Source of the DNA: Minisyncoccota bacterium | Lineage (GTDB): Bacteria; Patescibacteriota; Minisyncoccia; Phycocordibacterales; JABMNX01 | Assembly (NCBI GenBank): GCA_040876885.1 | Contig: JBBDOU010000013.1 | Location: forward strand, 6,033 to 70,032 | DNA: 64,000 bases | Direction of reading: 5' to 3' | Part shown: positions 1 to 10,198 of the stretch, in pieces | Numbering within the stretch: position 1 is the first letter of the stretch | Layout of the letters: each line of letters opens with the position of its first letter | Notes under the pieces: model-generated | Told to the model about the DNA's origin: nothing | The model's input: only the letters and a program-made list of their open reading frames with translations | Database searches by the model: none | Position numbers and translations under genes: made by a program

Positions 1-126
1 TTTGGTGGCAGTGACTCAAGTAGCGGTTTTCACACACGGCGCGGTTTTGAAAAGGTCTTGTTTAACGTGTCTATAGCACTCGCGATTCTTTTTGTTCTCT
101 CAGCGTTTCTTGCGCTTCTTATCTAA
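1..126 (+). CDS. 3' end of an upstream gene (partial at window edge), hydrophobic C-terminal tail
   Basis: Frame 1 is open from the window edge to TAA at 124-126. The last ~25 codons encode a hydrophobic stretch (ALAILFVLSAFLALLI). Confidence 0.3.
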   Translation, partial: FGGSDSSSGFHTRRGFEKVLFNVSIALAILFVLSAFLALLI

Positions 127-191
127 TGTCATTTTTAATATACGTGTAATTAATACGAGCTGGTTATTCAAACTCTATTCTAAAAATCTTC

Positions 192-1976
192 GTGTTTTTT
201 CACGGAGCAATTCTTGTGAAAGATTCTATACACAACTCAATACAAAAAACTAAACTCTTGTTTAAAAAGCGTTTTGTTTTTTCTCACACAACTGAGCTTG
301 AAGGTGTTGTGTCTTCACTATCCACATCAGAGAAACTTCTCTTCTGGGTACTTGTTGGCGTGCTTATTTTAAGCACGCTGAGCCTCTTTTCTAAGGCGAA
401 CGATTCTTTTCTTACTCAGATTGAAGCACGTGGAGGTAGTTTTACTGAAGGAATTGTTGGTTCTCCTCGCTTTATTAACCCTGTACTTGCTCTTTCTGAT
501 GCAGACCGAGACATTGTCTCTTTAGTGTATTCAGGACTCTTAAAAGCAACTCCTGACGGAGACCTTATTGAAGACCTTGCAGAAAGCTATAGTGTCTCAG
601 AAGATGAGCGTTCATATGATTTTGTACTAAAAGAAGGTGTTGTATTCCATGATGGAAAGCCAGTGACGGTTGACGACGTTATATTTACGATTAGTAAAAC
701 ACTTGATACGACACTTAAAAGTGCGCAACGCGCTAATTGGGATGGAGTAGTTGTTCAGAAGATTGATGACCGTACGGTGCGATTTACACTCGCGCACCCA
801 TACGCACCCTTCCTTCAAAATATGACGCTTGGTATTTTACCAAAGCATATATGGCAAAATATCGACTCAGAACAATTCCCTTTTAGTGGAGTAAACACCG
901 CGCCTATTGGCTCTGGTCCATACAAAATAGATTCAGTAAAAAAGAACTCCTCGGACATACCTGAGATGTATACGCTAAAATCTTTTAAAAACTACGCACT
1001 AGGACAACCATTTATCAATAAAATCACTTTACGGTTTTATCAAAACGAAGCAAGTCTTGTTTCTGCGTTCGACAAAGGAACTATCGACTCAATGAACAGT
1101 GTTTCTCCAGAAGCAATCGCACATATTAATCAAGAGCGAATTCAGACGACACCACTACCCCGAATCTTTGCTGTATTCTTTAATCAAAACACCGCGCAAA
1201 TCTTTTCACATAAAGAAGTCCGTAGTGCACTTGATACCGCTGTCGACAAAAACATGCTTATCCAGAAAGCACTGACTGGTTACGGGACTGTTATCGATAG
1301 CCCTATTCCTCCTCAAAGCATCGACAGAGCCATTCCACTTTCGTTTAATGACGAGACCCTAGACCGAGTCGAAGAAGCAAAATCAATACTGCTAAAAAAC
1401 AAATGGAAGTTTGACGAAGAAGCTGGGGTGTGGGTCTCTCCTGACAATCAACCACTGCGGTTCTCTATTGCAACCTCAAATGTTCCTGAATTAAAAGCAG
1501 TTGCTGGTATACTTAAATCTACATGGGAATCAGTTGGTGCAGTGGTAGAGATTAAAGTCTTTGAAGCTGGTAATCTCAATCAGAACATTATCAGAACACG
1601 AGAGTACGACGCACTCCTTTTTGGAGAAGTAATTGGACGAGAGCTTGACCTATTTGCCTTCTGGCACTCTTCACAAAGAAATGACCCTGGGCTTAACATT
1701 GCGCTCTACGCAAACATCACGGCTGATCGACTGCTTGAGGAAGGGCGTACGTTACTCGATGCAGATCTCCGTGATAAAACATATTTAGAGTTTGAAAAAG
1801 AAATTAAAAAAGACGTACCTGCAATTTTCCTCTATTCTCCAGACTTTATTTACATACCACCAAAATTTGTTCAAGGAATCTCTCTTGGTTCAGTAACCAC
1901 TGCAGGAGACAGGTTCCTCGCTATACATACGTGGTACGTGCGAACGGACAAGGTATGGAGCATATTCTCTCAATAA
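192..1976 (+). CDS. ABC transporter substrate-binding protein, family 5 (peptide/oligopeptide/nickel type), N-terminally anchored
   Basis: 594 aa with an N-terminal TM segment. Contains 'PRFINPVLALSDADRDIVSLVYSGLLK' and 'GSGPYK' motifs typical of SBP_bac_5. The start is GTG, so the exact start is uncertain. Confidence 0.7.
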   Translation: MFFHGAILVKDSIHNSIQKTKLLFKKRFVFSHTTELEGVVSSLSTSEKLLFWVLVGVLILSTLSLFSKANDSFLTQIEARGGSFTEGIVGSPRFINPVLALSDADRDIVSLVYSGLLKATPDGDLIEDLAESYSVSEDERSYDFVLKEGVVFHDGKPVTVDDVIFTISKTLDTTLKSAQRANWDGVVVQKIDDRTVRFTLAHPYAPFLQNMTLGILPKHIWQNIDSEQFPFSGVNTAPIGSGPYKIDSVKKNSSDIPEMYTLKSFKNYALGQPFINKITLRFYQNEASLVSAFDKGTIDSMNSVSPEAIAHINQERIQTTPLPRIFAVFFNQNTAQIFSHKEVRSALDTAVDKNMLIQKALTGYGTVIDSPIPPQSIDRAIPLSFNDETLDRVEEAKSILLKNKWKFDEEAGVWVSPDNQPLRFSIATSNVPELKAVAGILKSTWESVGAVVEIKVFEAGNLNQNIIRTREYDALLFGEVIGRELDLFAFWHSSQRNDPGLNIALYANITADRLLEEGRTLLDADLRDKTYLEFEKEIKKDVPAIFLYSPDFIYIPPKFVQGISLGSVTTAGDRFLAIHTWYVRTDKVWSIFSQ

Positions 1977-2026
1977 AGATTAATAATAAAAAAAATTACA
2001 CACAATAATTTAGTAACAACATTACA

Positions 2027-3877
2027 ATGACACCTAAAAAAAATACACCAACAAATAAAACACGAACATCTCAAAGAAAGTCTTCATCTCGAAGCTCTTC
2101 TCGTTCTCCAAAAAAAGTGCAACGGAAACAAGCAACCACGAGTAAAAAAATGGTACACCGAGCCTCTACACATACTCGTGGAGATAGCGACCGAGAGAAA
2201 ATTCCTGAAATAATCGATGGAGTTCGTATCATCCCCCTTGGAGGAGTTGAAGAAGTAGGACGAAATATGACGGTGATTGAAACAGACGAAGATATTATTG
2301 TTGTTGATGCGGGATTCCAATTCACCGCAGAAGAATCCCCTGGAGTTGACTACATTCTCCCCAACACACGATACCTTGAAGAGAGAAAACATAAAATCAG
2401 AGCAATCCTCATTACTCATGGTCACTTAGACCATATCGGAGGTATTCCCTTTATTCTTGACCGTATTGGAAACCCCCCCATCTATACAGGAGAGCTTACT
2501 GCAATCATGATCAAGCGACGTGCAACAGAGTTTGTTGGTGTCGAACACAATGTGCAGGTTCTTAACCCTAATGTTCCCTTAACATTAGGTACCCTCAAGG
2601 TTCGAACATTCCCAGTAACGCACTCTATTCCCGACTCAACTGGTATTATCGTAGAAACAAAATACGGAAACGTTGTATTAAGTGGTGACTTAAAGCTTGA
2701 GCATGCCGATGGAACCCCAACTGCCGCAGAACAAAAAGTCTTTGGAGAGATCGGTAAAGGCAATAACCTTATGCTTATTGCCGACTCAACAAACGCAGAG
2801 CGTTCCGGTTTTTCTATTCCCGAACAAAGAGTCTTTGATACGCTCGAAGATATCATTAAAAACACTAAAGGAAGAATGTTTATTGGAACGTTTGCATCGC
2901 AGTTTGAGAGAATGATGCGAATCATTGAAATCTCTGAGTCTCTTGGAAAGAAGATAGTCACCGAAGGACGAAGTATTAAAACAAATCTTGAGATAGCTGA
3001 AATGGCTGGACGCTTAAAAGCAAAAAAAGGGACTATCATTCCTGTACAAGAAATCGACAACTATCCCCCAGACAAAATTGTTATTCTTGTAACGGGTGCG
3101 CAGGGAGAAAAATTTGCAGCGCTCATGCGAATTGCAACAGGACAACATAAATTTATCAAAATGACTAAACGAGACACTGTGGTGCTCTCTTCCTCTGTTA
3201 TTCCAGGAAATGAAATATCAGTACAGAGACTCAAAGATAACCTCTACCGTCATGCTGGTAAAATCATTCACTACCGAACATCCGATGTTCACTCAACAGG
3301 GCACGGTAACTCCGGAGAACTTGTATGGATCAACCAACAAGTTGGTGCTAAGTTCTTTATGCCTGCGTATGGGTACTATTCAATGACTAAATCTCATGCT
3401 GATGCGGTTATCGAATCAGGGTTCCCCGAAAAAAATGTGGTGGTAGCAGACAACGGTACGATTATCGACATCATTAAAGGAGAAGAAATGATCGTGCAAA
3501 AAGCAACCGCTCCTGCAGGGCCTATGATGGTAGACGGTTTCTCAATTGGTGATATGCAAGACGTTGTTATACGTGACCGTAAATCACTCTCCGAAGATGG
3601 TATGTTTGTGGTTATTGCTACGATTAATCTTAAGACAGGAAAACTCCGTAAATCACCTGACATCATCTCAAGAGGATTTGTATACCTCCGTGAATCACAA
3701 GAGCTTCTTCAGCAAGCACGCCTCCTCATCAAGAAAAGTGTTGAGGAATCAACCGAAGGTATGCATCCCATCAACTTTGACATCGTAAAAGATAACATTA
3801 CTGATTCAGTGAGTGCGTACTTGTTCCAAAAGACTAACAAGCACCCGATCGTTATCCCCGTACTGCTTGGTGTATAA
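2027..3877 (+). CDS. rnj: Ribonuclease J (metallo-beta-lactamase/beta-CASP) with a Lys/Ser-rich N-terminal tail
   Basis: 616 aa. 'ILITHGHLDHIGGIPF' HxHxDH motif plus beta-CASP-like C-terminal region. The first ~60 aa are a low-complexity K/S/R-rich extension. Confidence 0.85.
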   Translation: MTPKKNTPTNKTRTSQRKSSSRSSSRSPKKVQRKQATTSKKMVHRASTHTRGDSDREKIPEIIDGVRIIPLGGVEEVGRNMTVIETDEDIIVVDAGFQFTAEESPGVDYILPNTRYLEERKHKIRAILITHGHLDHIGGIPFILDRIGNPPIYTGELTAIMIKRRATEFVGVEHNVQVLNPNVPLTLGTLKVRTFPVTHSIPDSTGIIVETKYGNVVLSGDLKLEHADGTPTAAEQKVFGEIGKGNNLMLIADSTNAERSGFSIPEQRVFDTLEDIIKNTKGRMFIGTFASQFERMMRIIEISESLGKKIVTEGRSIKTNLEIAEMAGRLKAKKGTIIPVQEIDNYPPDKIVILVTGAQGEKFAALMRIATGQHKFIKMTKRDTVVLSSSVIPGNEISVQRLKDNLYRHAGKIIHYRTSDVHSTGHGNSGELVWINQQVGAKFFMPAYGYYSMTKSHADAVIESGFPEKNVVVADNGTIIDIIKGEEMIVQKATAPAGPMMVDGFSIGDMQDVVIRDRKSLSEDGMFVVIATINLKTGKLRKSPDIISRGFVYLRESQELLQQARLLIKKSVEESTEGMHPINFDIVKDNITDSVSAYLFQKTNKHPIVIPVLLGV

Positions 3878-3890
3878 GTAAAAAATACCC

Positions 3891-5075
3891 GTGGACTTTG
3901 TTACAACAAAAAGAACGAGAGCGAACGACCAATTTGGACTCCTGTATATAGTGAACTTTATTGTTTCCTTCCACCTTTTTTTGATTGTGTACTTCAACTC
4001 AAACTTCCTCAGCAACGAAGGACTCTCAGACCGTTCAGTGAGTCTTGTCTACATCATCGGCTCTCTTGTGGGAATCCTCGGGCTCCTTCTTCTTCCAAAA
4101 ATCCTGCACACCTTAGGGGCATACAAAACTGTTCTGACACTTATTTTTATTGAGTTTGTCTTCTTTCTAATACTCGCACTTACAAAAGACCTCTCCACAA
4201 CACTCCTTGCGTTCCTTGGGTATCTGCTCTGTTATCCGCTTATTCTCGTCTGCTTTGATATATTCCTTGAGGGAACAATTAAAAATGAAGATACAACTGG
4301 TGGAATCCGCGCCATCTTCCTCACCGTTACTAATTCGGTGCTCATTATAGCACCGCTTACTGCAGGGTTCCTTTTAAGCGGTGAAAATTTTAGCAGTCTG
4401 TACCTTATAGCAGGATCTTTCCTGATACCACTTTTTGTTATTATCGCATGGTATTTTAAAGACTTTACAGACCCAAAATACTGCCAGATTACATACGGAC
4501 CCACAATAAAAAAATTCTCTAAAGAAAAGAACTTGAGGAACATTTTTATTGCTCATTTCGCGCTCAGATTCTTTTTCTCCTTTATGGTGATTTACACCCC
4601 ACTGTTCCTTCACAACACTATAGGATTCTCCTTCTCTACTATAGGGTTCCTTTTTGCGATTATGCTTCTACCGTTCGTTATTTTTGAAATTCCTCTTGGA
4701 AAAATTGCAGATCGGTGGCTTGGAGAAAAAGAGATTCTTATTGCGGGGCTCCTGATTGCAGGGCTTTCTACAATTGTGATGTCATTTACCACTACCTCAG
4801 TCTTCCTGCTTTGGGCACTCCTCCTCTTTACAACACGGATTGGTGCAAGTGCAATCGAGATAATGACTGAGAGCTTCTTCTTTAAACAGGTTACTGAAAA
4901 TGATGCTGATACAATTAGTCTCTTCAGAATGTTACGGCCACTTGGATATATAGCAGGCCCAGTGCTTGGAGTTATTGGGCTCAGTGTGATGGACATCCAA
5001 TTTATATTTATAATACCCGGCGTTATTCTCTTACTTGGAATACTGTTTGTTTCTCAAATTAAGGACACTAAGTAA
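3891..5075 (+). CDS. Polytopic membrane protein, MFS-transporter-like
   Basis: 394 aa with about 10-12 predicted hydrophobic helices. No diagnostic motif. GTG start. Confidence 0.5.
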   Translation: MDFVTTKRTRANDQFGLLYIVNFIVSFHLFLIVYFNSNFLSNEGLSDRSVSLVYIIGSLVGILGLLLLPKILHTLGAYKTVLTLIFIEFVFFLILALTKDLSTTLLAFLGYLLCYPLILVCFDIFLEGTIKNEDTTGGIRAIFLTVTNSVLIIAPLTAGFLLSGENFSSLYLIAGSFLIPLFVIIAWYFKDFTDPKYCQITYGPTIKKFSKEKNLRNIFIAHFALRFFFSFMVIYTPLFLHNTIGFSFSTIGFLFAIMLLPFVIFEIPLGKIADRWLGEKEILIAGLLIAGLSTIVMSFTTTSVFLLWALLLFTTRIGASAIEIMTESFFFKQVTENDADTISLFRMLRPLGYIAGPVLGVIGLSVMDIQFIFIIPGVILLLGILFVSQIKDTK

Positions 5076-5928
5076 CGCATATTTTCTTCCTATAATTCTT
5101 AACAAACCCTTCTCCTTGAAGCGCCTTTAACTGTGTCCGAATACGGGATTTTTCATATAGATCAAGAGTCTGTAAAAGTTTCAACTCGGTAATCCCTCCG
5201 CTTGATTCGAGCACTGTCTTCAAAATACTTCCTCGTATCTGACGGTCTGAATCTTTAAACGTGCTTTGTTTTGTATAATATTTACTTTTTCGACTTGGAT
5301 TTCCCTCCTTCTTAAGCATCGATCCATAATCCATCAGTGCGTAGTACCACTCTCTTGGGTTTGCCACATCTTGTGTCTTTCTCACACATGCTCGTATCTC
5401 TGTATCCGATACAGATTCAGATTTCTTAAAAAAGAAATGTATATAGACACTTCGTACGTTTGTCTCAATAAGAACCTCTGAAGTATTATATGCGAACACA
5501 CAAATAGCTCCTGCGGTATAGTCACCAATCCCAGGGAGCTTGATTAATGCTTCTTTCGTCTTAGGGATTTTGCCACCGTGTACCTCCATGACACGCACTG
5601 CTGTTTCATGAAGCATCTTTGCTCTACGGTTATATCCAAGTCCCTGCCAACATACAAGCACCTCTTTGAGTGATGCCTTTGCTAACGCCTCTAGAGTTGG
5701 GAATGTCTTAAGGAAGTTCTTATATTTAGGTACAACGCGGTCAACTTGTGTTTGTTGAAGCATTATTTCTGAGACAAGAATCCGATACGGATTTTTTGTA
5801 GTACGCCAAGGGAGCTTCCTGCCAGACTGATAGTAATGGTTCCAAATCTTATTTTGAAAAACTTCCTTTGTCATACTATAAGAAGTACCGCAACATATCA
5901 CCAAGATACAGAGCAAGTGCTTTCCCAA
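5068..5928 (-). CDS. HhH-GPD DNA glycosylase (MutY/EndoIII family) with a C-terminal winged-helix-like extension; no Fe-S cysteine cluster
   Basis: 'ILVSEIMLQQTQVDRV...LPGIGDYTAGAICVFAYN' helix-hairpin-helix-GPD signature. The C-terminal ~100 aa lack the Cx6Cx2Cx5C motif. Confidence 0.75.
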   Translation of the reverse strand: MGKHLLCILVICCGTSYSMTKEVFQNKIWNHYYQSGRKLPWRTTKNPYRILVSEIMLQQTQVDRVVPKYKNFLKTFPTLEALAKASLKEVLVCWQGLGYNRRAKMLHETAVRVMEVHGGKIPKTKEALIKLPGIGDYTAGAICVFAYNTSEVLIETNVRSVYIHFFFKKSESVSDTEIRACVRKTQDVANPREWYYALMDYGSMLKKEGNPSRKSKYYTKQSTFKDSDRQIRGSILKTVLESSGGITELKLLQTLDLYEKSRIRTQLKALQGEGFVKNYRKKICVT

Positions 5929-5997
5929 AGATAATAACTACACCAATGAGTATGCTGAGACCAATGAGTTTTTTTATCGGCAATTTCTTCTTCATGT

Positions 5998-6252
5998 TTA
6001 TTTTTTACCTGAGTACCCTGAAACCTCTATAACCGTGTGTTGTAAACCATTTTCAACCATAGGCTTCTTAGGAATAATGAACATAGCGATACAATAGATG
6101 AGAACCCCAGGAAGAACACCACTAAAAATAGTTACCATAACCCACCCGAGTCTTAATATTGTTGAGTCCATATCAATGTATTCTCCAAGACCACCGCAAA
6201 CTCCTGCGATATACCGGTCACTTCTTGATCTATATACTTTTTGAATTCCCAT
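5998..6252 (-). CDS. PspC-domain membrane protein
   Basis: 84 aa. 'RSRSDRYIAGVCGGLGEYIDMDSTILRLGWV' PspC signature followed by a TM helix. Confidence 0.85.
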   Translation of the reverse strand: MGIQKVYRSRSDRYIAGVCGGLGEYIDMDSTILRLGWVMVTIFSGVLPGVLIYCIAMFIIPKKPMVENGLQHTVIEVSGYSGKK

Positions 6253-6257
6253 AATTT

Positions 6258-6941
6258 TTATAATGAATATATTACATCTTTACGTTCTACAATAACTTTC
6301 CACCCCTGTCGCTTTGCGTGCGTATACAACATACTATTTGGGTTAAAACAGATAGGTTCTTCGACTAATTCTAGAAGTGGAATATCGCCCTCGGTATCTC
6401 CCACCCCAATTGAACCTGCAAGAGAAAGCCCTTCCTTCTCGAGAGCTCTGTGGACAATATTCGCTTTGTTCATTATGAGATGTTCATCAATAATGACCCC
6501 TGTGAAAAGGTCTTGTGGACCTATTTCATAAATCCGCCCATACACTTTATCAAAGCCAAGATTCTTGCAAAATGCATCAACTGCAGTCTTTGGAGATTGC
6601 GATATCGCAAGTAAGAAATAACCATCTTTTTTAAGTGTCTGTATTAAGTCTCTTGTATATCGATATACTCGCTTCTGCTGTTTCTCTACAATCAAATCAA
6701 CAATGTCACTAAATACACTGTAGTGGACACCTTTTATGTGTTTCATAAAAGTCTTCACCACTGCATTAACATACGCTTCATACTCACTCTCTCGCTCAAA
6801 CCACTCTTTATACTCACTTTCATATTCTTGGGATACTCCTTTTGGAAACACTCCTTTCTCAATCATTGTCTCTACAAGTTCAATAACCATACTGGAACGA
6901 AATATGGTTCCATCGACATCAAAAATAGCTACTTTTTTCAT
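6258..6941 (-). CDS. HAD-superfamily hydrolase (subfamily IB-like phosphatase)
   Basis: 'KVAIFDVDGTIF' DxDGT motif I. Downstream 'GVGDTEGDIPLL' matches motif IV. Confidence 0.75.
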   Translation of the reverse strand: MKKVAIFDVDGTIFRSSMVIELVETMIEKGVFPKGVSQEYESEYKEWFERESEYEAYVNAVVKTFMKHIKGVHYSVFSDIVDLIVEKQQKRVYRYTRDLIQTLKKDGYFLLAISQSPKTAVDAFCKNLGFDKVYGRIYEIGPQDLFTGVIIDEHLIMNKANIVHRALEKEGLSLAGSIGVGDTEGDIPLLELVEEPICFNPNSMLYTHAKRQGWKVIVERKDVIYSL

Positions 6942-6995
6942 AAATCTATAGTAGCATATCTGCCGTATGAAGATGCACTCCAGTATATATACTCC

Positions 6996-7664
6996 TTAAT
7001 GAGATAACGGCCATATCGTGTTGGCTTGTGGATACAGTTTTGTGAGCGGGTGTTCTGTGCAGTCATGCGTACGTGCAGGGCAAATATAGCGACCATACAT
7101 GACCATCTGGTGATTTACATACTGCCAATCTTTTTTAGGAATCAACTCCATAAGGTCTTTCTCAATACGAACCGGGTCTTTGTGGTCAGTTAAATTGAGG
7201 CGAAGCGCAAGTCTTCGCACATGTGTATCAACTGCAATACCTTCGTAAATTCCATAAGCACTTCCAAGCACCACGTTCGCGGTCTTTCGGGCAACTCCGG
7301 GTATTGTAAGCATTTCATGCATCGTCTGAGGAATCTTTCCGTTAAATGTATGTGCTACGACATGAGCTGCTCCGAGTATATTTTTTGCTTTGTTCCTAAA
7401 AAAACCAGTGGGTCTGATGTCCTGCTCAAATTCTTCTTGTGTGGCAGTTAGGTAATCATCAAGCTTTTTATACTTTTTAAAAAGGGTCTTTGTCACTTCG
7501 TTAACACGCTTATCAGTACACTGTGCTGAAAGTATAACCGCAATTAAAAGCTCCCAGTTATTCTTATAATTGAGTTCAATTTTAGAATCCGGATAAAGTC
7601 TCCGGAGTATCGTAACCATTTTTTTAGCTCTAATAACCCGCGCTCTTTTTTTATCTACATCCAT
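6996..7664 (-). CDS. nth: Endonuclease III (Nth) family DNA glycosylase/AP lyase
   Basis: 'LLIAVILSAQCTDKRVNEVT...IPGVARKTANVVL' HhH-GPD. The C-terminus is 'CPARTHDCTEH', so only two of the four canonical Fe-S cysteines are present. Confidence 0.8.
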   Translation of the reverse strand: MDVDKKRARVIRAKKMVTILRRLYPDSKIELNYKNNWELLIAVILSAQCTDKRVNEVTKTLFKKYKKLDDYLTATQEEFEQDIRPTGFFRNKAKNILGAAHVVAHTFNGKIPQTMHEMLTIPGVARKTANVVLGSAYGIYEGIAVDTHVRRLALRLNLTDHKDPVRIEKDLMELIPKKDWQYVNHQMVMYGRYICPARTHDCTEHPLTKLYPQANTIWPLSH

Positions 7665-7954
7665 TGAAGACTATGGTAACACATCACCAAGGGGTGATTG
7701 TTACTAAAAAAAGATGGTCGTCATGTATGGCGGCCACCTCAGTGAAACAGTCGTTTTGGTTGATTGTCAGTCGGTTGGATGTGGTCCATCGACTGGATGT
7801 TCATTGTAATCCTTCAAGGTAGTCATCATTAATCTCCCATACTGTGTCTCACAATACCTTCAGTATACAAGCAAGTCTTGACAAAGGTAAAGAAAAGTTA
7901 TCCACCTTTTATTGTGTGTGCATTCCTGTGGAAAAACTGAGGAAAACTTGTGTA

Positions 7955-8728
7955 TTATCCCTCGTGCGCATCTTTATTTTGCACATCTTCAACTTTTGCC
8001 TCTTCTATTTCCACCTTCTTGTCTTCTACTTTAATAGCGTCCTCTGCTATCTTCCGTTTTTTATGGACATCCATAAGGGAGAAACTCACCATACCTGCAA
8101 ACACAATACCAGTAACATTGATTAAAAAGAGAACAAACGCTCCTGAAACCACATCCCAATCTAGTCTCGCAATTCCAATACCAACTACAGAAAGTGGGGG
8201 TATAAGCGCAACTGACACTGCGACCCCTGGAAGAGTATCTGAGAGCTCTGGTTTCACCAGAGAATACGATACGGCGATTCCTGAGACAATTGCAATTGCA
8301 AAAAAGATAAGGTTCGGTTCTATTCGTGCAATGATTTCGCCAGTCATATACACTTCTTTTGAAAAAAATAATGTCGCAAGTATTGCACTTCCTATCCCAA
8401 TAACAACCGCCTTAATGAGTGTATAAAAAGATCTTCCAATAAGGTTGTAGTCAGACAAAGAAATCCCAAGGGAGAGACTGAGCACTGGGTGGAGTATTGG
8501 TGCAATAAGCATACTTCCGATAACAATAGCTGGGCTATCAAGAAGCATTCCAAATGTTGCCATTAGGATGGAGAGGGTCACCATTAAGAAAAAATCAAAA
8601 CTTGGGGTACTGTCAGCAATTAATTGTTTAATCGCGCGTGTCTTATCTGCTTCCCCAACTACTCTAAAATGTGAAATAAACGCCATACGTATGAAAAGTA
8701 TATCATACAACTTTCCTAAATTGCACAT
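7955..8728 (-). CDS. DUF389-like integral membrane protein
   Basis: 257 aa, multi-TM. 'MLIAPILHPV' resembles the DUF389 'LIAPLMGP' motif. Acidic/lysine-rich C-terminal tail. Confidence 0.5.
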   Translation of the reverse strand: MCNLGKLYDILFIRMAFISHFRVVGEADKTRAIKQLIADSTPSFDFFLMVTLSILMATFGMLLDSPAIVIGSMLIAPILHPVLSLSLGISLSDYNLIGRSFYTLIKAVVIGIGSAILATLFFSKEVYMTGEIIARIEPNLIFFAIAIVSGIAVSYSLVKPELSDTLPGVAVSVALIPPLSVVGIGIARLDWDVVSGAFVLFLINVTGIVFAGMVSFSLMDVHKKRKIAEDAIKVEDKKVEIEEAKVEDVQNKDAHEG

Positions 8729-9204
8729 GACCCTCCCCCGTTCTTTTCCACATACTGCTGATGATACTCTTCTGCTTCAAAAAATTCAGGAGCCTTTGTT
8801 ATTTCTGTTCTAATATTTTTATTTTGCGTATATGTGTTAGAGAGTGCAAGAGTATTCTTTGATTCCTCTGCTATTTCTTTTTGTGCATTATTACGATAGA
8901 AAATCGCCGAACGATATTGCGTCCCGACATCAGGACCTTGTCTATTGTGTTGCGTTGGGTCATGAAGTTTCCAAAATACCTCAAGGAGGTCTTTATACGA
9001 TATCTTTTCTGTGTCAAATGTTACCGCTACTGCCTCGGCGTGCCCTGTGTCACCACCGCAGACATCACTATAGGTTGGGTTTTGCGTATGCCCTCCTATA
9101 TAACCCACTCGTGTATCAACGACGCCTTCGGTCTTCCTAAAGACATCTTCTACTCCCCAGAAACACCCAGCTGCAAATACTGCCTTCTCTAATGTAAGAC
9201 TCAT
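8716..9204 (-). CDS. msrA: Peptide methionine sulfoxide reductase MsrA
   Basis: 'AVFAAGCFWGVEDVF...GYIGG...HAEAVAVTFD' MsrA signature with catalytic Cys. 13-nt overlap with the DUF389 gene. Confidence 0.93.
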   Translation of the reverse strand: MSLTLEKAVFAAGCFWGVEDVFRKTEGVVDTRVGYIGGHTQNPTYSDVCGGDTGHAEAVAVTFDTEKISYKDLLEVFWKLHDPTQHNRQGPDVGTQYRSAIFYRNNAQKEIAEESKNTLALSNTYTQNKNIRTEITKAPEFFEAEEYHQQYVEKNGGGSCAI

Positions 9205-9225
9205 AAATACTGTATATACTCCACG

Positions 9226-9969
9226 CTAAAACTCACACGTATACGCACATACTTGTGCGCATATTTGATCTGCCGCACAGAGTGAGCCACACGCATTAAA
9301 TGTACCACCTTGTAACGCACAGTGTTGAATAAAAGGTTCTTCGGGAAATCCTTGATTGGTCGTGTAAATAATCCGTGTAGAGGTTTCCTCCTGGATTGGC
9401 ACCAAACCCACGTCCTTAAACATAATGGGAATCTCAAGAGCATCATCGTGCTCTGGTAGGGCCGAAGGATTATCCTTCTTTAAGATAAGTACACCGTTAC
9501 TGCCATACACAGGGGTCTCGAATTCTATTGTAGCGGTAAATGGAACAAATTCTTCTGTCATCCAATCCCCTTCAGCGGTAGCATAATGTTCACCAATAAT
9601 AAGACCGTCCCAGTTAGTGATAGTTATCGGAAACGACCCTTCAAAAAACCAATACCCACGAGCTTCACCTTGAATCGTAAGTGGACTAACTATTTCTTGA
9701 TTTGGTTGTGGCGTATAGAGACGAATAAGATTTCCCTTACCTGATTCATCTCCTATATTTTCAGTAAAATGTAGTCCATCTTTTGTGGTGCACTGGCGAG
9801 GGTAACTTTCCATAACAGAATTCCCGAGAGCAACACACTCCTCAAAGGATGTTGCGGGAACAGTTTCATTTTTTGATGTGCGGTATTGAACATACATACC
9901 AACGATAAGGAATACTAAGAAGAATCCGAGTAATAGCCGAGTGCGCTTTGTGTGAAATGCCATAAACAT
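9226..9969 (-). CDS. Secreted/anchored protein with Gmad2-like Ig domain and Cys-rich C-terminus
   Basis: N-terminal signal anchor (MFMAFHTKRTRLLLGFFLVFLIVG). Central region resembles Gmad2. C-terminus has 'CALQGGTFNACGSLCAADQICAQVCAYTC'. The start was chosen at the internal Met before the TM segment. Confidence 0.45.
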   Translation of the reverse strand: MFMAFHTKRTRLLLGFFLVFLIVGMYVQYRTSKNETVPATSFEECVALGNSVMESYPRQCTTKDGLHFTENIGDESGKGNLIRLYTPQPNQEIVSPLTIQGEARGYWFFEGSFPITITNWDGLIIGEHYATAEGDWMTEEFVPFTATIEFETPVYGSNGVLILKKDNPSALPEHDDALEIPIMFKDVGLVPIQEETSTRIIYTTNQGFPEEPFIQHCALQGGTFNACGSLCAADQICAQVCAYTCEF

Positions 9970-10198
9970 ATGTCCTTGTAGTATATCTAAAGTACAGCGC
10001 TTTGAACATAAGGAGGAGATTGACAAATACCTTAAGATATATTACTATATACATAAGCTTTTGAATCTCTATCTTTTAATTTCGAAATGAGGCTCCAGAG
10101 TCACAGACGCTCGTCTTGTAGCAGAAAAACTAGACCTCACGTTTGAATTACTAACTACAGCAAAGAAACGCACGCGTTTCTTTTAATTATAGATATAC

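Noticed and set aside
2482-3060. Long antisense ORFs inside large genes (e.g. 2482..3060-, 12438..12848+, 28517..29140+, 52586..53158+, 54949..55599+, 55283..55720-, 36710..37237+)
   Set aside because: They lie entirely within well-supported genes on the opposite strand and have biased low-complexity translations. They are typical shadow ORFs.
7665-7954. Possible small RNA in the 290-bp gap between the nth and DUF389 genes
   Set aside because: It contains a few hairpins (e.g. CAGTCG...CGACTG) but no recognisable RNA family motif. It is more simply the terminator and promoter region between two same-strand genes.
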